Source: Saccostrea echinata
Lineage: Eukaryota
Assembly (NCBI RefSeq): GCF_033153115.1
Contig: NW_026889774.1
Location: 992,001 to 1,056,000, forward strand
DNA length: 64,000 bases
Direction of reading: 5' to 3'
In this document: positions 50,873 to 63,129 of the stretch, one piece after another
How positions within the stretch are numbered: position 1 is the first letter of the stretch
How the letters are laid out: each line of letters begins with the position of its first letter
Program-made: the position numbers and the translations under genes
Notes under the pieces: model-generated
Told to the model about the DNA's origin: nothing
The model's input: the letters and a program-made list of their open reading frames with translations, nothing else
The model's database searches: none

Positions 50873-53800
50873 ATGTCAAGGCATCCGTATCACCTCATCC
50901 CAACAGAAGAACCGACAGAAAGTTTAAATCCTGGGGATTGCATTATTCAAATAAATGACAATATGTCAGAAATGAAAAAATCTAATCCAAAGTACTTTCT
51001 TGATTGTTGTCGTTGCTGTTACACAATGTTCTGTTACAATGTTTTTGTGGATTGGTGTTTTGCAAGTGTAAATGCAGTTTATGGATGTATTTGCTCAAAA
51101 TGTTCCCAATCGAAGGAGAGCAAGTAAGTGTCTCGAACTCGCAACACGTAAAGAATATATATTTTTTTAAATATTCACATTTTGTGTGAAATAATGATGT
51201 ACTAATCATACTACAGTACATAATGCACCCACAAATTATTAGCGATTCTCTGTAACCACTTAAACTTCTTTGCCACGCATGGTCACCGATTTTGATGAAA
51301 CTTTGCCCATTATTACAACTTGACACCAGAAACATATATAAAATAAAATTTCGTTGCTATGTGTCTTGGTTGCCATGGTAACAGCCAGAAAAGTTGAAAA
51401 AATTGAGATTTTCAGCTACTTTAAATCTTTATTAAGCCTTAATAAAGACTAAGAAAAACAAACAAACCATTCTCCCAAAAACATGACACCTTGTTGCCAC
51501 TTATGCTATAAAGAAACTATTTAGAATTTATCTCTAAGTAAGTGGTAACCATGGGTACATTTGGAATACATTTTAGATGCTGAAAAACGCTCTATAGTCA
51601 CAAATGATAGATGTTACATGATCAAACTCAATCAACAACGTAAGAAAAACAATGAAAAATATTTGACCTCATGTAATTAGGTATTGGCAATATTATTCTA
51701 AAAATAACTTTCATGGTTGCCATGGTAACACAGTGTCACCATGCAAAATCTGTTGCTATGATTGGGTTAATGCTACTATCGTGAGGAAAAACAATAAAAT
51801 TCACGACTGGCACATATGCATCTTTAGGACCTTGCAACACCGACAACATAAGAAAAATTGAGATTAATTGTTACTTTGCAGTGTAACCATGGAAACAACG
51901 TACTAGTTGTTTAAAGTGATATTTTTTGCTGCTTTAGGAATTTACTAACCTTTTAATATGAATATTCAAAAGGAAAATGAAATATATTTTGTTATTCTTT
52001 CATGTGACATGATTATTACTTTTGATCTACAGTAACAAAAATAGCATGGATATATACACATGTAGGACTCGAAAGTGTGAAGGGAAGTCCGATGGTCACG
52101 ACGAAGTCCGATGGTCTGCGACAAACCCTGGCGGTTTGACACGCCAAAGTCCGATGGTGCGGAAAAACAATTATCGCAAATCTTGCTTGAAAGTATACAC
52201 TACAAGCGAAATAGTGATGCGTTGAGTGACAACACTAATGAATCTGACTGAAATACAATTGAATCTGAGTGAATAACAATTGAGAAATCCAACAAAGAAT
52301 CCGATTGGTTCATTATTATAGGTCCGCCCACTATCTCAAATGTATTGCCGAAAACGTGGAAAGTGTTTTGAAAACGGACAAAAAGTTGTGTTTATATATA
52401 CTGAGCTAGATACCGACTTTTGGTGAACAAGCGGGACGATGGAATACTTTGTTAAATGATCCTGAGTGCTGGTAAACTGTAAAATGGTCCTGCAATGAAA
52501 TCTGTGCCAGGAGTTTCAAGTTGATTTTCTGCGATCGAAAAACACGACCGTTTTCCCACAATTTTCTTCTTCAGTACATCAATAAAATTAAAAGAACTTA
52601 GATTCCGTGAATTCCGTTAGATTCCGTGAATACTAATTAGTCTGTAATGAATATAAATAATATTTGCTGTAACAATTGCACTGAAAAACACATGGATTTC
52701 GATTTTCTGGTCGCTTGTTTATTTACATGACGGCTGGTAAAACAGAAATACAGTTACAAACACACACTGAAACTCGATAGTCGTGGCAATAAACCATTTG
52801 AATAATTCATAATATAAATAAAATATTATAAAAATATATAAAATAAAAGAAAATAAATGTTTCACATTGCGTTTAATCGACTATGAATATGTTTTCGGTA
52901 TCAGCTGGGTATAATTTACAATAATACCTGGGTTTTTCATTTTCTTGGGTTTGCCTACCCAGTGTAATAATTTACTTGTTTACAAACACTAAGGACTAAA
53001 ACTTAACAGGGATATGTCCCTGAACTTAGAGAAAGAGATTTTTAGTACACTGAAAAGTTGCACAAACTATTCAATTTAAGAACTGTTTAACGAACACCGA
53101 AAATGAAAAATGTCGTCAATTTATTGCCGAGAAATACATGTATAGTAGGATAAACAATATGGATGTACATGTAACGTCTGTGAAAAGAATATCACATGCT
53201 GAAATATGATTTTATGGTTTGATTCTTTTTTTTTCTAATCAAAAAGTCAACCAAGTTTTCGCCGATCAACTGATCAAACATGGTAGGCCGTTAGACTCTT
53301 CAAACTATATATATAGGCAAAGGATACCACACGAGAGTGGGCGGGCCCAAATCAACCAATTAAAACGCATGCTTTATAGAATGGATTGCCGTAATTCAAT
53401 TGTTCAATTGTCAAATCCAACAGTGTCATCTCTCAACGCATCGCTATTTTGGTCGTAGTGTATACTTTCAAGCGAGATTTGCGATCACATTTGTGACGTT
53501 ATAGTACTACTGTGCCAAATTGCGATGCCGCACCATGCTAAGATCTAAATAAATACAAATAATTTTTTTATGTCAGGACTAACCGTTATCTCTCGGAGAG
53601 GTGCAAGCTTAAGACTAACCCTAATCGGTCGAAAAGTGTGTAAGAACTATAACCTAGATATCTTGGGTGGGTGCGAGACCAGCCCTAATAAGTCGAATAG
53701 TATGCGAGGACTAACCCTTAATCTCTCAGGTTTATGCGAAACTATCCTATAATCAGTCCAAAAGTGTGCAAGGACTAACCCTGGTAAGCGAGGACTAACC

Positions 53801-56800
53801 CATTTATCTCTGGTGGGTGCAAGCAATAAGCAAAATCAGTGAACTTGTATGTAAGGACGAATACTGAATTGATGGCTTTTGAATGCAAGACAACGGCGTC
53901 AAGGATTGACGTTGGAATATTGTGACGTCATAAACGTTGATTGTTTCTCCACACCAACGGACTTTGGCGTGTCAGACCATCACACTCTAGCGCAACGCGT
54001 CTCATGGGAAACGAGCCATCGGACTTTGGCGTGACCATCGGACTTTGGAGTCTTACATATACACACATTGTTTGGAGAATTTAAAGGTGTTGTTTTAGAA
54101 TGCAAACGTAGTTTGTGTGACTTAATTTAATTGCTGATTAAGAGAATCTTAGGAATATTTTGTCTGAGTTGAAAAGAGCACGATAGTAAAGTTTATGAAT
54201 AATTAGATTTGCAAATATTTCGTATTTTTCTTCAGCTGGCGATGGTGTTGCTTCTTCAGATTAAAAAACTGCATCCGTGGTATAATTCAATGGATTTTAA
54301 ATTGTTTTCGAAAAATCAAGAGAACACCAAGGGCTGGAGAAATTGAAATATTGCAATCAAGGTACATTTGAAGGGGTTTTGTAATTCTTCCATATAATAT
54401 GATATATATAATATGATCATCAATTATGATATAATAATTATAATAATATACAGTGACAATAAAGCATGGATAGACACCTTTTATCACCCTTTATTTGGTT
54501 TATCCCCCAAAAAAGTACAGATGTTTTGAGAATATTTTAAGCGACTAAAATGCTGATTAAGAAATCTTAAGAACCCTCTCTACACTGCACACTAAAGAGT
54601 TCTGATTCTATGGTATTTTTCTGCAGTTAGAGTGCTCTGCCCTTAGATTTAAATTCTAAAAAATAGAAATTTACAGTATATTACTCAATTTGTAATCAAT
54701 CCAAGTATTCTTAACATTTTAAGGGCCAAGATAAATTAATTGAACATGTTATTTACATGTATTTTCTCTATGGAGGTAAACAACAGTGATTTCTATTCAC
54801 TGATACTGTGTTTTGTTTGAACATTTTTCCTGGGGGTAAATGCCAGGTACCATATATATATATAGTGAAAATTAAATAGAAAAGTTCAATATTAACACCT
54901 TTATACAATATATTTTTCTCAATGTCCAAAATATATTTTTCACTGGTGTAGAGAGGGTCCTTAAGGATTGAAAATCCTTTCTTTTTTTAAGAACAAGGAA
55001 CGGTTTCAGTACATATCTGGCCTTGCTTTTTTCTGAGATATGAAAGTGATGTAAGAAATTAAAACTCATGCCTTCTGAATCATTGAAATTCCATGCAGTA
55101 AGCTCATACAAATCTTTTTCTCACATGACCTCCTAAATGCTAATTGTAACGTCATGAACTCGTGCATTTTTCCCCGTATTTTCTTAAAAAGTTACAGAAG
55201 ACATCATTTTTGCAGTGGAATTTTCTTTCAGATAATATAGACCACATGCATCGCTCATAAATATTTTGAAAAAATGTGATTTTTCAAAGAATTTTACACA
55301 ACATATCCAAAATTATAATGGGCGACGACTGTGGACACTATTTTCTTAAGGAAAACAAGCTTGGACTGGGTCCTTTTGAGGCTTTTTCTGTTTTAAACAG
55401 AAAAAATATATCAAATTAATGACGTAATATTTCCAGAATGACCCTCCTTCATGCAATATTCTTTCATGATTTATCATAGTCATATACTCAACTCATATTT
55501 AGGCCAGTTTCAAAACTTTTTGAAAATATCAAATTTTTAGGGCACAATAAAGCCAAAACCGTACCTTCTTCTTTAAAAAAAAAAACTTGATGGTAAAGTT
55601 TATGAATGATTAGATTTGCATATATTTCATATTTTTCTTCAGAAGCCGATGGTGTTGCTTTGTCAGATTTAGAAGTTGGTTCTGTGGTGTAATTGAATGG
55701 ATTTCAAATTGTTTTCGAAATATCAGTAGAGCACCAAAGGCTAAAGTAATTGACATATTGCAATCAAGGTACATTATTAGATTTTTTTTTTGTTTTAATT
55801 TTGACATCGCTCATTTACTACGATTTATCAAAAAATCGGTTATTTTTTTTTGCACATAAAAAATACCTCTATTTTCGACAAAATTGCGAACTCATGTGGA
55901 TCATTGTTCATATTAGCATTTTGTACATTTTTGGCATGAAATGCAAAATTTATGCAAAAGACATTACTTGATAGCGAAAGTAGCAGAATTATCGAAGAGT
56001 ATGTCGACTATTGTCTGATCCTAATTTTTGTCAGTGATTTTAACCTTTTATTAGCAAAACATGTTCTTTATATAGCTTATTCTCTGATTTGATCAATTTT
56101 ACGAGCTACCGTGATTTTTTCAATGTTATCTTAATTTCAACTAATAATTCTCTCATTTATGCCTAGTTTTTTAAAAATGCTTTTGTTTTGTTATTTTTTG
56201 TTAATTTGTTAGAGTTTGATTTTGTTTTGTGTGTATTTATTAATTTTTTAAGGATGCTTTTAATGTCCCTGTGCCTTGATGAGCAATTAAAGTTATCAGT
56301 CGATAGAGTTGTAGAATTTGCATAGATGACACTATATACTCCATAAAACATTAGATTATTTCTATTAGTTTACATATAATTATTATAACAAAATTACTTA
56401 TTACCTCCTTTTGTTTTTAATTAGATTACACGAGTGTGAAAAGGAAGTTGAAAAGCAGAAACGGTTAAATGAAGATTTGGTAGCAAAGTGAGATTTATGC
56501 AAATCCTGTGTATTTAAATATCTATAATTATAATTGGAATGAAATTTCTTTCATTTCCTTTTAGAGTTTTAACTTGTAACGTCCTTAACGGCTACTTTTC
56601 TCTCGTTTGATTATAGAAATCAGCATTTAACCCATGATATGCAGGTGCTAAAAACTGAAAAAGACCAGTAAGTTCCGATTAAGTGTATTTCTTACCCAGG
56701 AGAAATATTAATTTCTTATAGCTTATCAAATTTGTACATACATGTACCACATGCTTCCATGTCGATAAGTTGGCTGTTATGATAATTTTTTTGACATTTT

Positions 56801-59258
56801 TTTATTTAAAGGCTGGAAAGAAAAGTTTCTGATCTCCANNNNNNNNNNNNNNNNNNNNNNNNNNNNNNNNNNNNNNNNNNNNNNNNNNNNNNNNNNNNNN
56901 NNNNNNNNNNNNNNNNNNNNNNNNNNNNNNNNNNNNNNNNNNNNNNNNNNNNNNNNNNNNNNNNNNNNNNNNNNNNNNNNNNNNNNGCCTAGCTTTATTG
57001 TATTGTGTATGGGTTTTTAGCAGACCTTTTTTGTATTCATATGAAGCAGAATTTGTCCAAAATCTTATACATGAAAAGAAGAAAACACTTGCTGTGGCCT
57101 TCAACTCGACATTTAGATATATCAACGACGTATTGTCAATTAACAATGGATATTTCCATTCTTATGTCGATACGATATATCCAGGTGAGCTTGAGAAAAA
57201 AGATACCACAGAGTCTGACACATATGTGTCATATTTAGATAGTTTACTTGAAAAAGACGTTAATGGTAATCTAACAACCAAGCTTTATGATAAACGTGAT
57301 GACTTTAACTTTTCAATCGTCAACTTCCCTTACTTATTCAGCAATGAGCAATATACCTTCATCACCTGCATACGGGGGTTTATATCTCTCAGTTAATTCA
57401 ATACGCAAGAGCATGCTCTACGTATGTACAATTTCTAAAACGAGGTAAGTTATTGACAAACAAGTTGATGAAACAAAAATATCAGCAGTCTCGTTGAAAG
57501 TCATCATTTTGTAAGTTCTGTGGTCGAAACAATGACCTTGTCAGCAAATACAATTTATCATTGAATCAAATGCTGACTGACGTTTTTCATACTAATTGTT
57601 AGGCCATTATTTACACACTGAATTGTCGACGGATTTTTCCTTTATTTCCCGATCATGACAAGGAGCACACGGCGGGTGTGACAGGTCGACAGGGGATGCT
57701 CACTCCTCCATGGCACCTGAGCCCACCTCTGATGTTTTGGAGGACTTTTGATCTTGAATACTGCTCGTTATCTCCATATATTTCATGTACATCTATATTT
57801 TAATGTTGTACCTTTAAAATGTATATTTTCTTACAGCTTAGCTATGGAAAAAAGAAACTTTGAAGAGGAAAAAAAGGAGAAAGAGAAAGCACTTACAAGG
57901 TTATTTTTTTTTTATCTTATTTATGTACTATTAAAAAACATATTTCCTAATTTTTTTGTTTTTTGTTTTGTTTTTGTTTTTTGTTTTTGCAAATAATTAT
58001 GTTTTCTAATAAAATCATGATGAAATGAAAAATGAAAAAGTATCTTTCAAGCAAGCTAATTTGATTTTTTTCTCAAATATAATAATAAATTAATAGTATA
58101 CATCAGAATACATTTGAGAAAAATGAATAAGTTTGAATAGTAATTTGAAATATTACAGATTAAGTGCCGTAGCTGGGGATAAACTGAGAGTCAATAACCC
58201 AGGGATAGCTGATTTGTCTGATGAGAACCGACCAAACAAACTGGCAGAAAAATTCAGTGAACTGTACGACAACGAATGGACTGAATTGTACGAAGTTTTA
58301 GAAGAGAGTGGACAAACGGAAGAGGACATCATTGGGAACTTGCTGCAAATATTGCAGGTAACAGAATTTTTCTTAAATCTATATTTGTGAGTGGTAAAAC
58401 GCTTCCATCATATAAATGTGAAAGAGTATAGCATTGCAAATGTTCAAATTTGTTTGATTTGATAATTTGTTTCATTTGTAGGAGACTTACAACTCTAGTA
58501 ACAATCTTGCGGAAAATCAACGCAGAGAATTAAAAAAAGTAATTTTACATCCTGCAAACGTAGGGTCAAGGGAGGTAAGTCAGTCATAAAATTGTGTAGT
58601 TGAATCAAAATCAAGTTAAAAAATAAGGGACAGAAATACATTTTAGTTGGAATTTCAACTCTTTTAAAAACAAGATATTTAGAAAATGAATTATGTTGTA
58701 GGACATCAAACCTCCAGAGGGAATATTGTCTAAAATCACTGATATTCAGAAACAGACAGCATCAATTGTTTTTGGAGATGTCAGAAAAGAAATTGTAAGC
58801 CCTTTATTCTCTTTTGATTATTTTTGGAATAACATTTTCTTTACAAGATGCATAATTAGATCTAGAGAGACTGGTTCTCTAGGTAATTAAAATTTTGGGG
58901 GAGATTTAAATCTTTAAAATACTTATCATATTTTGCTATAACATGATTAGCCCTTTCTGCCATAAATATTTTTACGTGTGTGCTATTGTAGATGGAGAGC
59001 AATAAACTCATCTCCGATGGAATGAATGAAGTGAAGAGAAAATACGTAGAAAGATGTATTCAGCTGTGTTGGATGATGGCTATCCAGGACCCCCCGATGC
59101 ATTTGGATTTTGGACCTTCAGCGAATTCAGAGGCTGACAAAAACGTGTACAGAATGTATACTAAACAAGGAGACAAAGTAGATTTTGTTGTGTGGCCTGC
59201 TGTATTTCTTCATAACCAAGGACCCTTAGTCCAGAAAGGTGTACTACAGCCAAAGTAA
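50873..59258 (+). CDS. Mieap-C-domain-like protein 4, long form with Cys-rich/amphipathic N-terminus (about 443 aa; exons 50873-51123, 54236-54361, 55643-55768, 56425-56487, 56617-56667, 57837-57899, 58159-58357, 58482-58574, 58702-58794, 58992-59258)
   Basis: Ten GT-AG exons sum to 1332 nt (phases 2,2,2,2,2,2,0,0,0) and are open throughout. The 3' five exons are clearly homologous to genes 1-3 (EKEKALTR / NNPGIADLSDENRPNKL..ELYDNEW / CIQLCWMMAIQDPPM..VVWPAVFLHNQGPLVQKGVLQP). Linkage of the 5' exons rests on phase continuity and splice-site quality. An N-gap lies in intron 5. Confidence 0.75.
52173..53485. mobile_element. Nested long-TIR element inside the 52061-54057 transposon
   Basis: ATCGCAAATCTTGCTTGAAAGTATACACTAC..GATGCGTTGAG.. 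is mirrored by ..CTCAACGCATC..GTAGTGTATACTTTCAAGCGAGATTTGCGAT; imperfect arms of about 150 bp. No TSD identified. Confidence 0.7.
53575..53825. repeat. Tandem array of about 31-bp units with GACTAACCCT core
   Basis: About 8 diverged units, alternating ..ATCTCT..GGTGC and ..ATC.GTC.AAA.GTGTG types. Confidence 0.7.
54571..54960. mobile_element. Kolobok-type MITE (TTAA target)
   Basis: TTAA-GAACCCTCTCTACAC ... GTGTAGAGAGGGTCC-TTAA. Confidence 0.7.
54991..55572. mobile_element. Second TTAA-flanked element (Kolobok-like, older)
   Basis: TTAA-GAACAAGGAACGGTTT ... AAACCGTACCTTCTTCT-TTAA imperfect TIRs. Confidence 0.5.
56839..56986. other. Assembly gap (N run)
   Basis: Ns in sequence. Confidence 1.
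57020..57780 (+). mobile_element. Penelope-like retroelement fragment in an intron of Mieap-like 4
   Basis: FLYSYEAEFVQNL..FRYINDVLSINN..YPGELE.KDTTES..TKLYDKRDDFNFSIVNFP. Near-colinear with the 27 kb copy, including the 3' flank. Confidence 0.88.
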
Positions 59259-59539
59259 AACTAAACATGTAGCCACAATCATTCAATGTTCAAGCATTTG
59301 TAGCAATCTAGATTTCAATATGCCTGTTATATAAGTACATAATATATATATTCACTTTTCATGTGTAGAACTTCATCCTCTAAAACTGTTATACATAATT
59401 ATGCATTAATATTTGTTACATAATTCCTATTTTCTCTTGAAAGGGGATATAATCAAGAAAATACCAGAAAGATACGCTGGTTGTCTTAAAATTTCTTTTC
59501 AAGTACCAGTTGGTAAGAAAGGATGAACCTTATGTGAAA

Positions 59540-62250
59540 GGCTCCTGAAATTTAAGTTTGTTCAAATTATGATCCCTATGGCTAGGCATTGTCCACAATA
59601 AAATATCAAAGTTTTTCATGAGAATATGTAGGGAAAATCTTTAAAAATCTCCTTCTCAGTAACAGCGATACCTTTATTAGTCTTATAAATATTTACAAGC
59701 ATCCTCAAAAGTGCCAATTTAACTTTGATCTTATGGCCCCCGGGTTGAGTGGGGCCACAGTTGGAGATCGAAGCTGATTGGAATATATGGGTGAAAGTCT
59801 CTCCACTGTTCTTAAGTTCTCAAGAACAGTGGCGCCAGGATTAGTGATATTAATATGCAAGCATCCTTGGATGTTGCAAATTCTTTTTTCAAATTTTATC
59901 CATTCCGTGCCACTCTTTTTAAAAATCTTCTTTCTAATATCAGTAAGGCTGAAGTTAGTGTTATCAATAAGCAAGCATCAACAGGTAGCGAAGATTCACG
60001 TTTGTTCACATCATGGCTCTAAAGAGTAGGAGGGACCTAATATAGAATTAATGTTTCGCAAAATATAATACATGTACCTGGGAAGCATTTTAAAGATCTT
60101 TTTTTCAAGAACAAGACCTGATTATTAGATATATAAATATGCAAAAATCATAAGGTAATGGAGATTCAAGATTGTTCGCATCAGGCATTGGATAGAAGCT
60201 GAATGAGAAGGTATCTTGAAAATTAGAATAACCTTAACAAGATCAGAGTTGCAGAATGAATATGCAAACAATTCCATGTAGTGTGGATTTATTTTTAATT
60301 TTCGGGTTAGGTAGGATTAAAATCGGGGATCAAATTTTACCTAATGCATGTACACAGGATAAAAATCTCCTTCTCAATAACAATAAGGTATAGATAAGTT
60401 AGAATTTTAAAAAAAAGTATCCTCAGGAAGTGCCAATTCAATTTTGCTCATAACATGGTTCCCGAGTTGAATTGGTCCATAAAAGGAGATCAAAAGTAAT
60501 TAGAATATATCTGTTAAAATGAATATTGTTTAATATCTTCTGGAGCAAACAGCGCCAAGATATTCAAGTACCTGGGGTAGTGAAGATTTTTTTGTTTCAA
60601 ATTATAACCCCTGAGTATATGGTGGTGCCACACTAAAGGATTAAATTATTGTCATGGAAGTCTTTTTTAAAGCCAAAACTACTTAAGAGGGCTGGGTGGT
60701 TGTGGCCATTTTCAGACTATATTGATCTCCTTTAGAAGAAGAGTTCCATATAAAGATATACAAAAATGATCAAATTTTAAAACTAAAATGTATGAATTTT
60801 TTGTTTGCCAAATGATAGTTGACAGCTTAAGATATCTTATCTAAAAATTCAAGTTATATCTGATTAAGTTATATCTGGATATTTGTTGACCCCCCAGCTT
60901 CCTTAAGAACTAAGCATCAGGTAGCGCAGAATCAAGGTTGTTTACACCATGAAGGTACCAAATAGGGGATCAGTGTTTCGCATGAGACAATACATAAAAC
61001 AGAAATTAAAATCTCCCTTTCAAGAACAAGGCCTGATTAGTGATATAAATTCTTACGTATGCAAACAGTGTAAGGTAATGGATATTTAAGTTTGTTCAAA
61101 TGAAGGCACGAATGGGTTCAAAGCTTAAAATATATATAGATATCTTGGAATTTAGTGATCAGAGTAGGAGTAAGTTAAATCGCATTGGACTTTTGTGGAA
61201 AGCGCTGACTTTTATAGTTTACCGCTTACTTTGACAAATAAATCTGCGTTATGTACGGAGGTACGAAATTCATAATAAATAAGAAAAACTTAATATCGAT
61301 TAAAGGTATGGTGTTAGGGGCGCTAACATGATTTATCAGTTGAGATGAGGGGTACTATATCCTTCCAGTTTCATCTTCAAAAAGAATCACGATAGCTCAG
61401 TCGGTAGAGCGCTCGCTCCGTGATCGGAAGGTAGTGTGTTCGAATCACGGCCGCGACTGACCCAAGTCGATAAAAAATATAGGTAGCAACTGTTCCTTCG
61501 CCAAGCGATCGGCACTTTTAAGTGAAAGTTGTGGTTCGGATGAGACCTTAAAAAACCGAGGCCCCGTGTCACGGTAGGCGTTGGCACAATAAAGAACCCT
61601 CACTGCTCAAGGAGTGCCGAGTAAAGGTCTAAATTTGAAGCCCTTCACCGGTACATTGTATATGGTCACGTCTCTATAAGGGTGAAAATTTCTCGAATGG
61701 GACCTAAATCAACATACAATCAATCAGAAAGAATCAAATAAGGAAGGAAAAACATCCCGTTAGGAAAACCTGGTAGGAATTGCTGAAAATGGGAAGAGAG
61801 GGGGTTGAGGATAGGGTGATTGCCGTTCTCTTCCTAGACAACGTTATCTGTGCTTTGAAATGGTCCATTATTATCTTCTGATTAACTGTTAAGCTAAATA
61901 TTTCTATCGAAAAATAGTTTCATTATAATATCTCAGGGTAAAAGTATGCGTCGACTATAAAAGTGAGTGCTTCTCGTTAAGGTCTAGTACAACATTCTCA
62001 AGCTGTGAGGATTTTTTTTCAACAATGGACTCTGGGGTTCAAATTTTATACTTACAAGTATATAGGAAAGATCTTTATAAGAACAACAAGGCCATGTTAG
62101 TTGGTTTTGATATTTAAGCAACCCCCATGTCACGCGAATATCCAAATTAAATCATAATGAAATAAATAATGTGTGAGGCAACAATATGGGATCAATTTTT
62201 TTTCATAGGAATAAAGAGAGGGAAATAAACAGAAATCTTTAAAAATATCT
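59540..62250. repeat. Degenerate tandem array of about 160-170 bp units (Cg170-like satellite/HINE interior), interrupted by a SINE
   Basis: Recurring GTTTGTTCAAAT.ATG..CCC..GG..GGGCCACAAT.GGG.ATCAAA.TTTT..ATAGGGAAAATCTTTAAAAATCT.CTTCTCAAGAACA motifs. Family name is from recall and not verified. Confidence 0.6.
61390..61727 (+). mobile_element. Full-length tRNA-derived SINE
   Basis: A-box TAGCTCAGTCGG, B-box GTTCGAATC, about 250-bp body, (CAAT)n tail. TSD AAAGAATCA (61381-61389, 61728-61736). Confidence 0.9.
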
Positions 62251-63129
62251 TTGAAACGTTATCTAATTCCTAAAAATAATGAAAGTTAAAATTATATGTC
62301 TTTCATTTGGTTCTTTGCATTTGGAAAATAAGTTGAGTTACATTTAGAAAAAAATGATGTCGTGTTGTTTTACGAATATATATTTATTCCACAGCGTGCA
62401 CAAAAGGACATAGAATTTCTTATGCATGTATGTACATTGTAATTATATGTGTGTGTCCTCTAGAATTATTGTAATTACAACTCAATTTTTAATAATTATC
62501 GAGGAATGAGTTCACAGAATTGACATCACCCTGAGATGTTTCAAAATTTCATTGATATTTAAATGTTCTTATGAAATACATGTATTGTGTTGACTTTGTG
62601 TGTATATTTTAATAATATGGTAAACATAATTTATCTGCAGATCATGCACATATTGAAAGTGAAAGAGTTAGCGGAGCAACATGTGAAGCCGAGTGTATGG
62701 TTGCTTTAAGTGAGATTCAAATACAATCTGGAGTATTTCATTCCAATTTAAATTTCCATATTCAAGTGCAAGTTTCTGTGTACATTTCTTTTACTATTTA
62801 TTGAACAGTACGAAGTGTGTTTTTCTTCAGTTTGAAATATTGTCAAAAGTGATTTTTTTTTTGGGGGGGGGGGGCAATAACGTATCTGTAACCTTCCAAT
62901 AAGGTTTGAATATTGAACATTATAATTTCTCATAATGGATAGATTTTATAATATATACTTGACAGTTACAGATAGTATTGTACTGTATTGAGCTTTTCGT
63001 GAAATAAAGAGTATTAAAAAAAGATGACTTTATACAAATGTTTTAATTTCTTTTCAGCAAAGTTGAATAAAGAAAGACAATCAGTGTCATATTCTTTTCA
63101 TAGAGATAAATTTCCAATCTTAACAAGTA

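Larger units (their letters stand above)
52061..54057. mobile_element. Non-autonomous DNA transposon, TGT...ACA ends, 8-bp TSD (superfamily unassigned)
   Basis: TGTAGGACTCGAAAGT / ACTTTGGAGTCTTACA. TSD TATACACA (52053-52060, 54058-54065). Repeated subterminal AAGTCCGATGG / CCATCGGACTT motifs. Confidence 0.85.

Noticed and set aside
53575-53825. CRISPR-like or true interstitial telomere array
   Set aside because: Eukaryotic context, diverged tandem units without unique spacers, and no contiguous (TTAGGG)n.
54287-55807. Paired minus-strand ORFs sharing MYLDCN.SI..A.G.LLIFRKQF
   Set aside because: Antisense shadows of the duplicated plus-strand exons, which have proper splice sites.
31151-59258. 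Assigning the symbol SPATA18 to any of the four genes
   Set aside because: Only domain-level resemblance is recognisable; orthology cannot be shown without a phylogeny.
61390-61460. Apparent tRNA gene (A and B boxes)
   Set aside because: It runs directly into a SINE body with a tail and TSD, has several diverged copies in the window, and shows no convincing acceptor stem.
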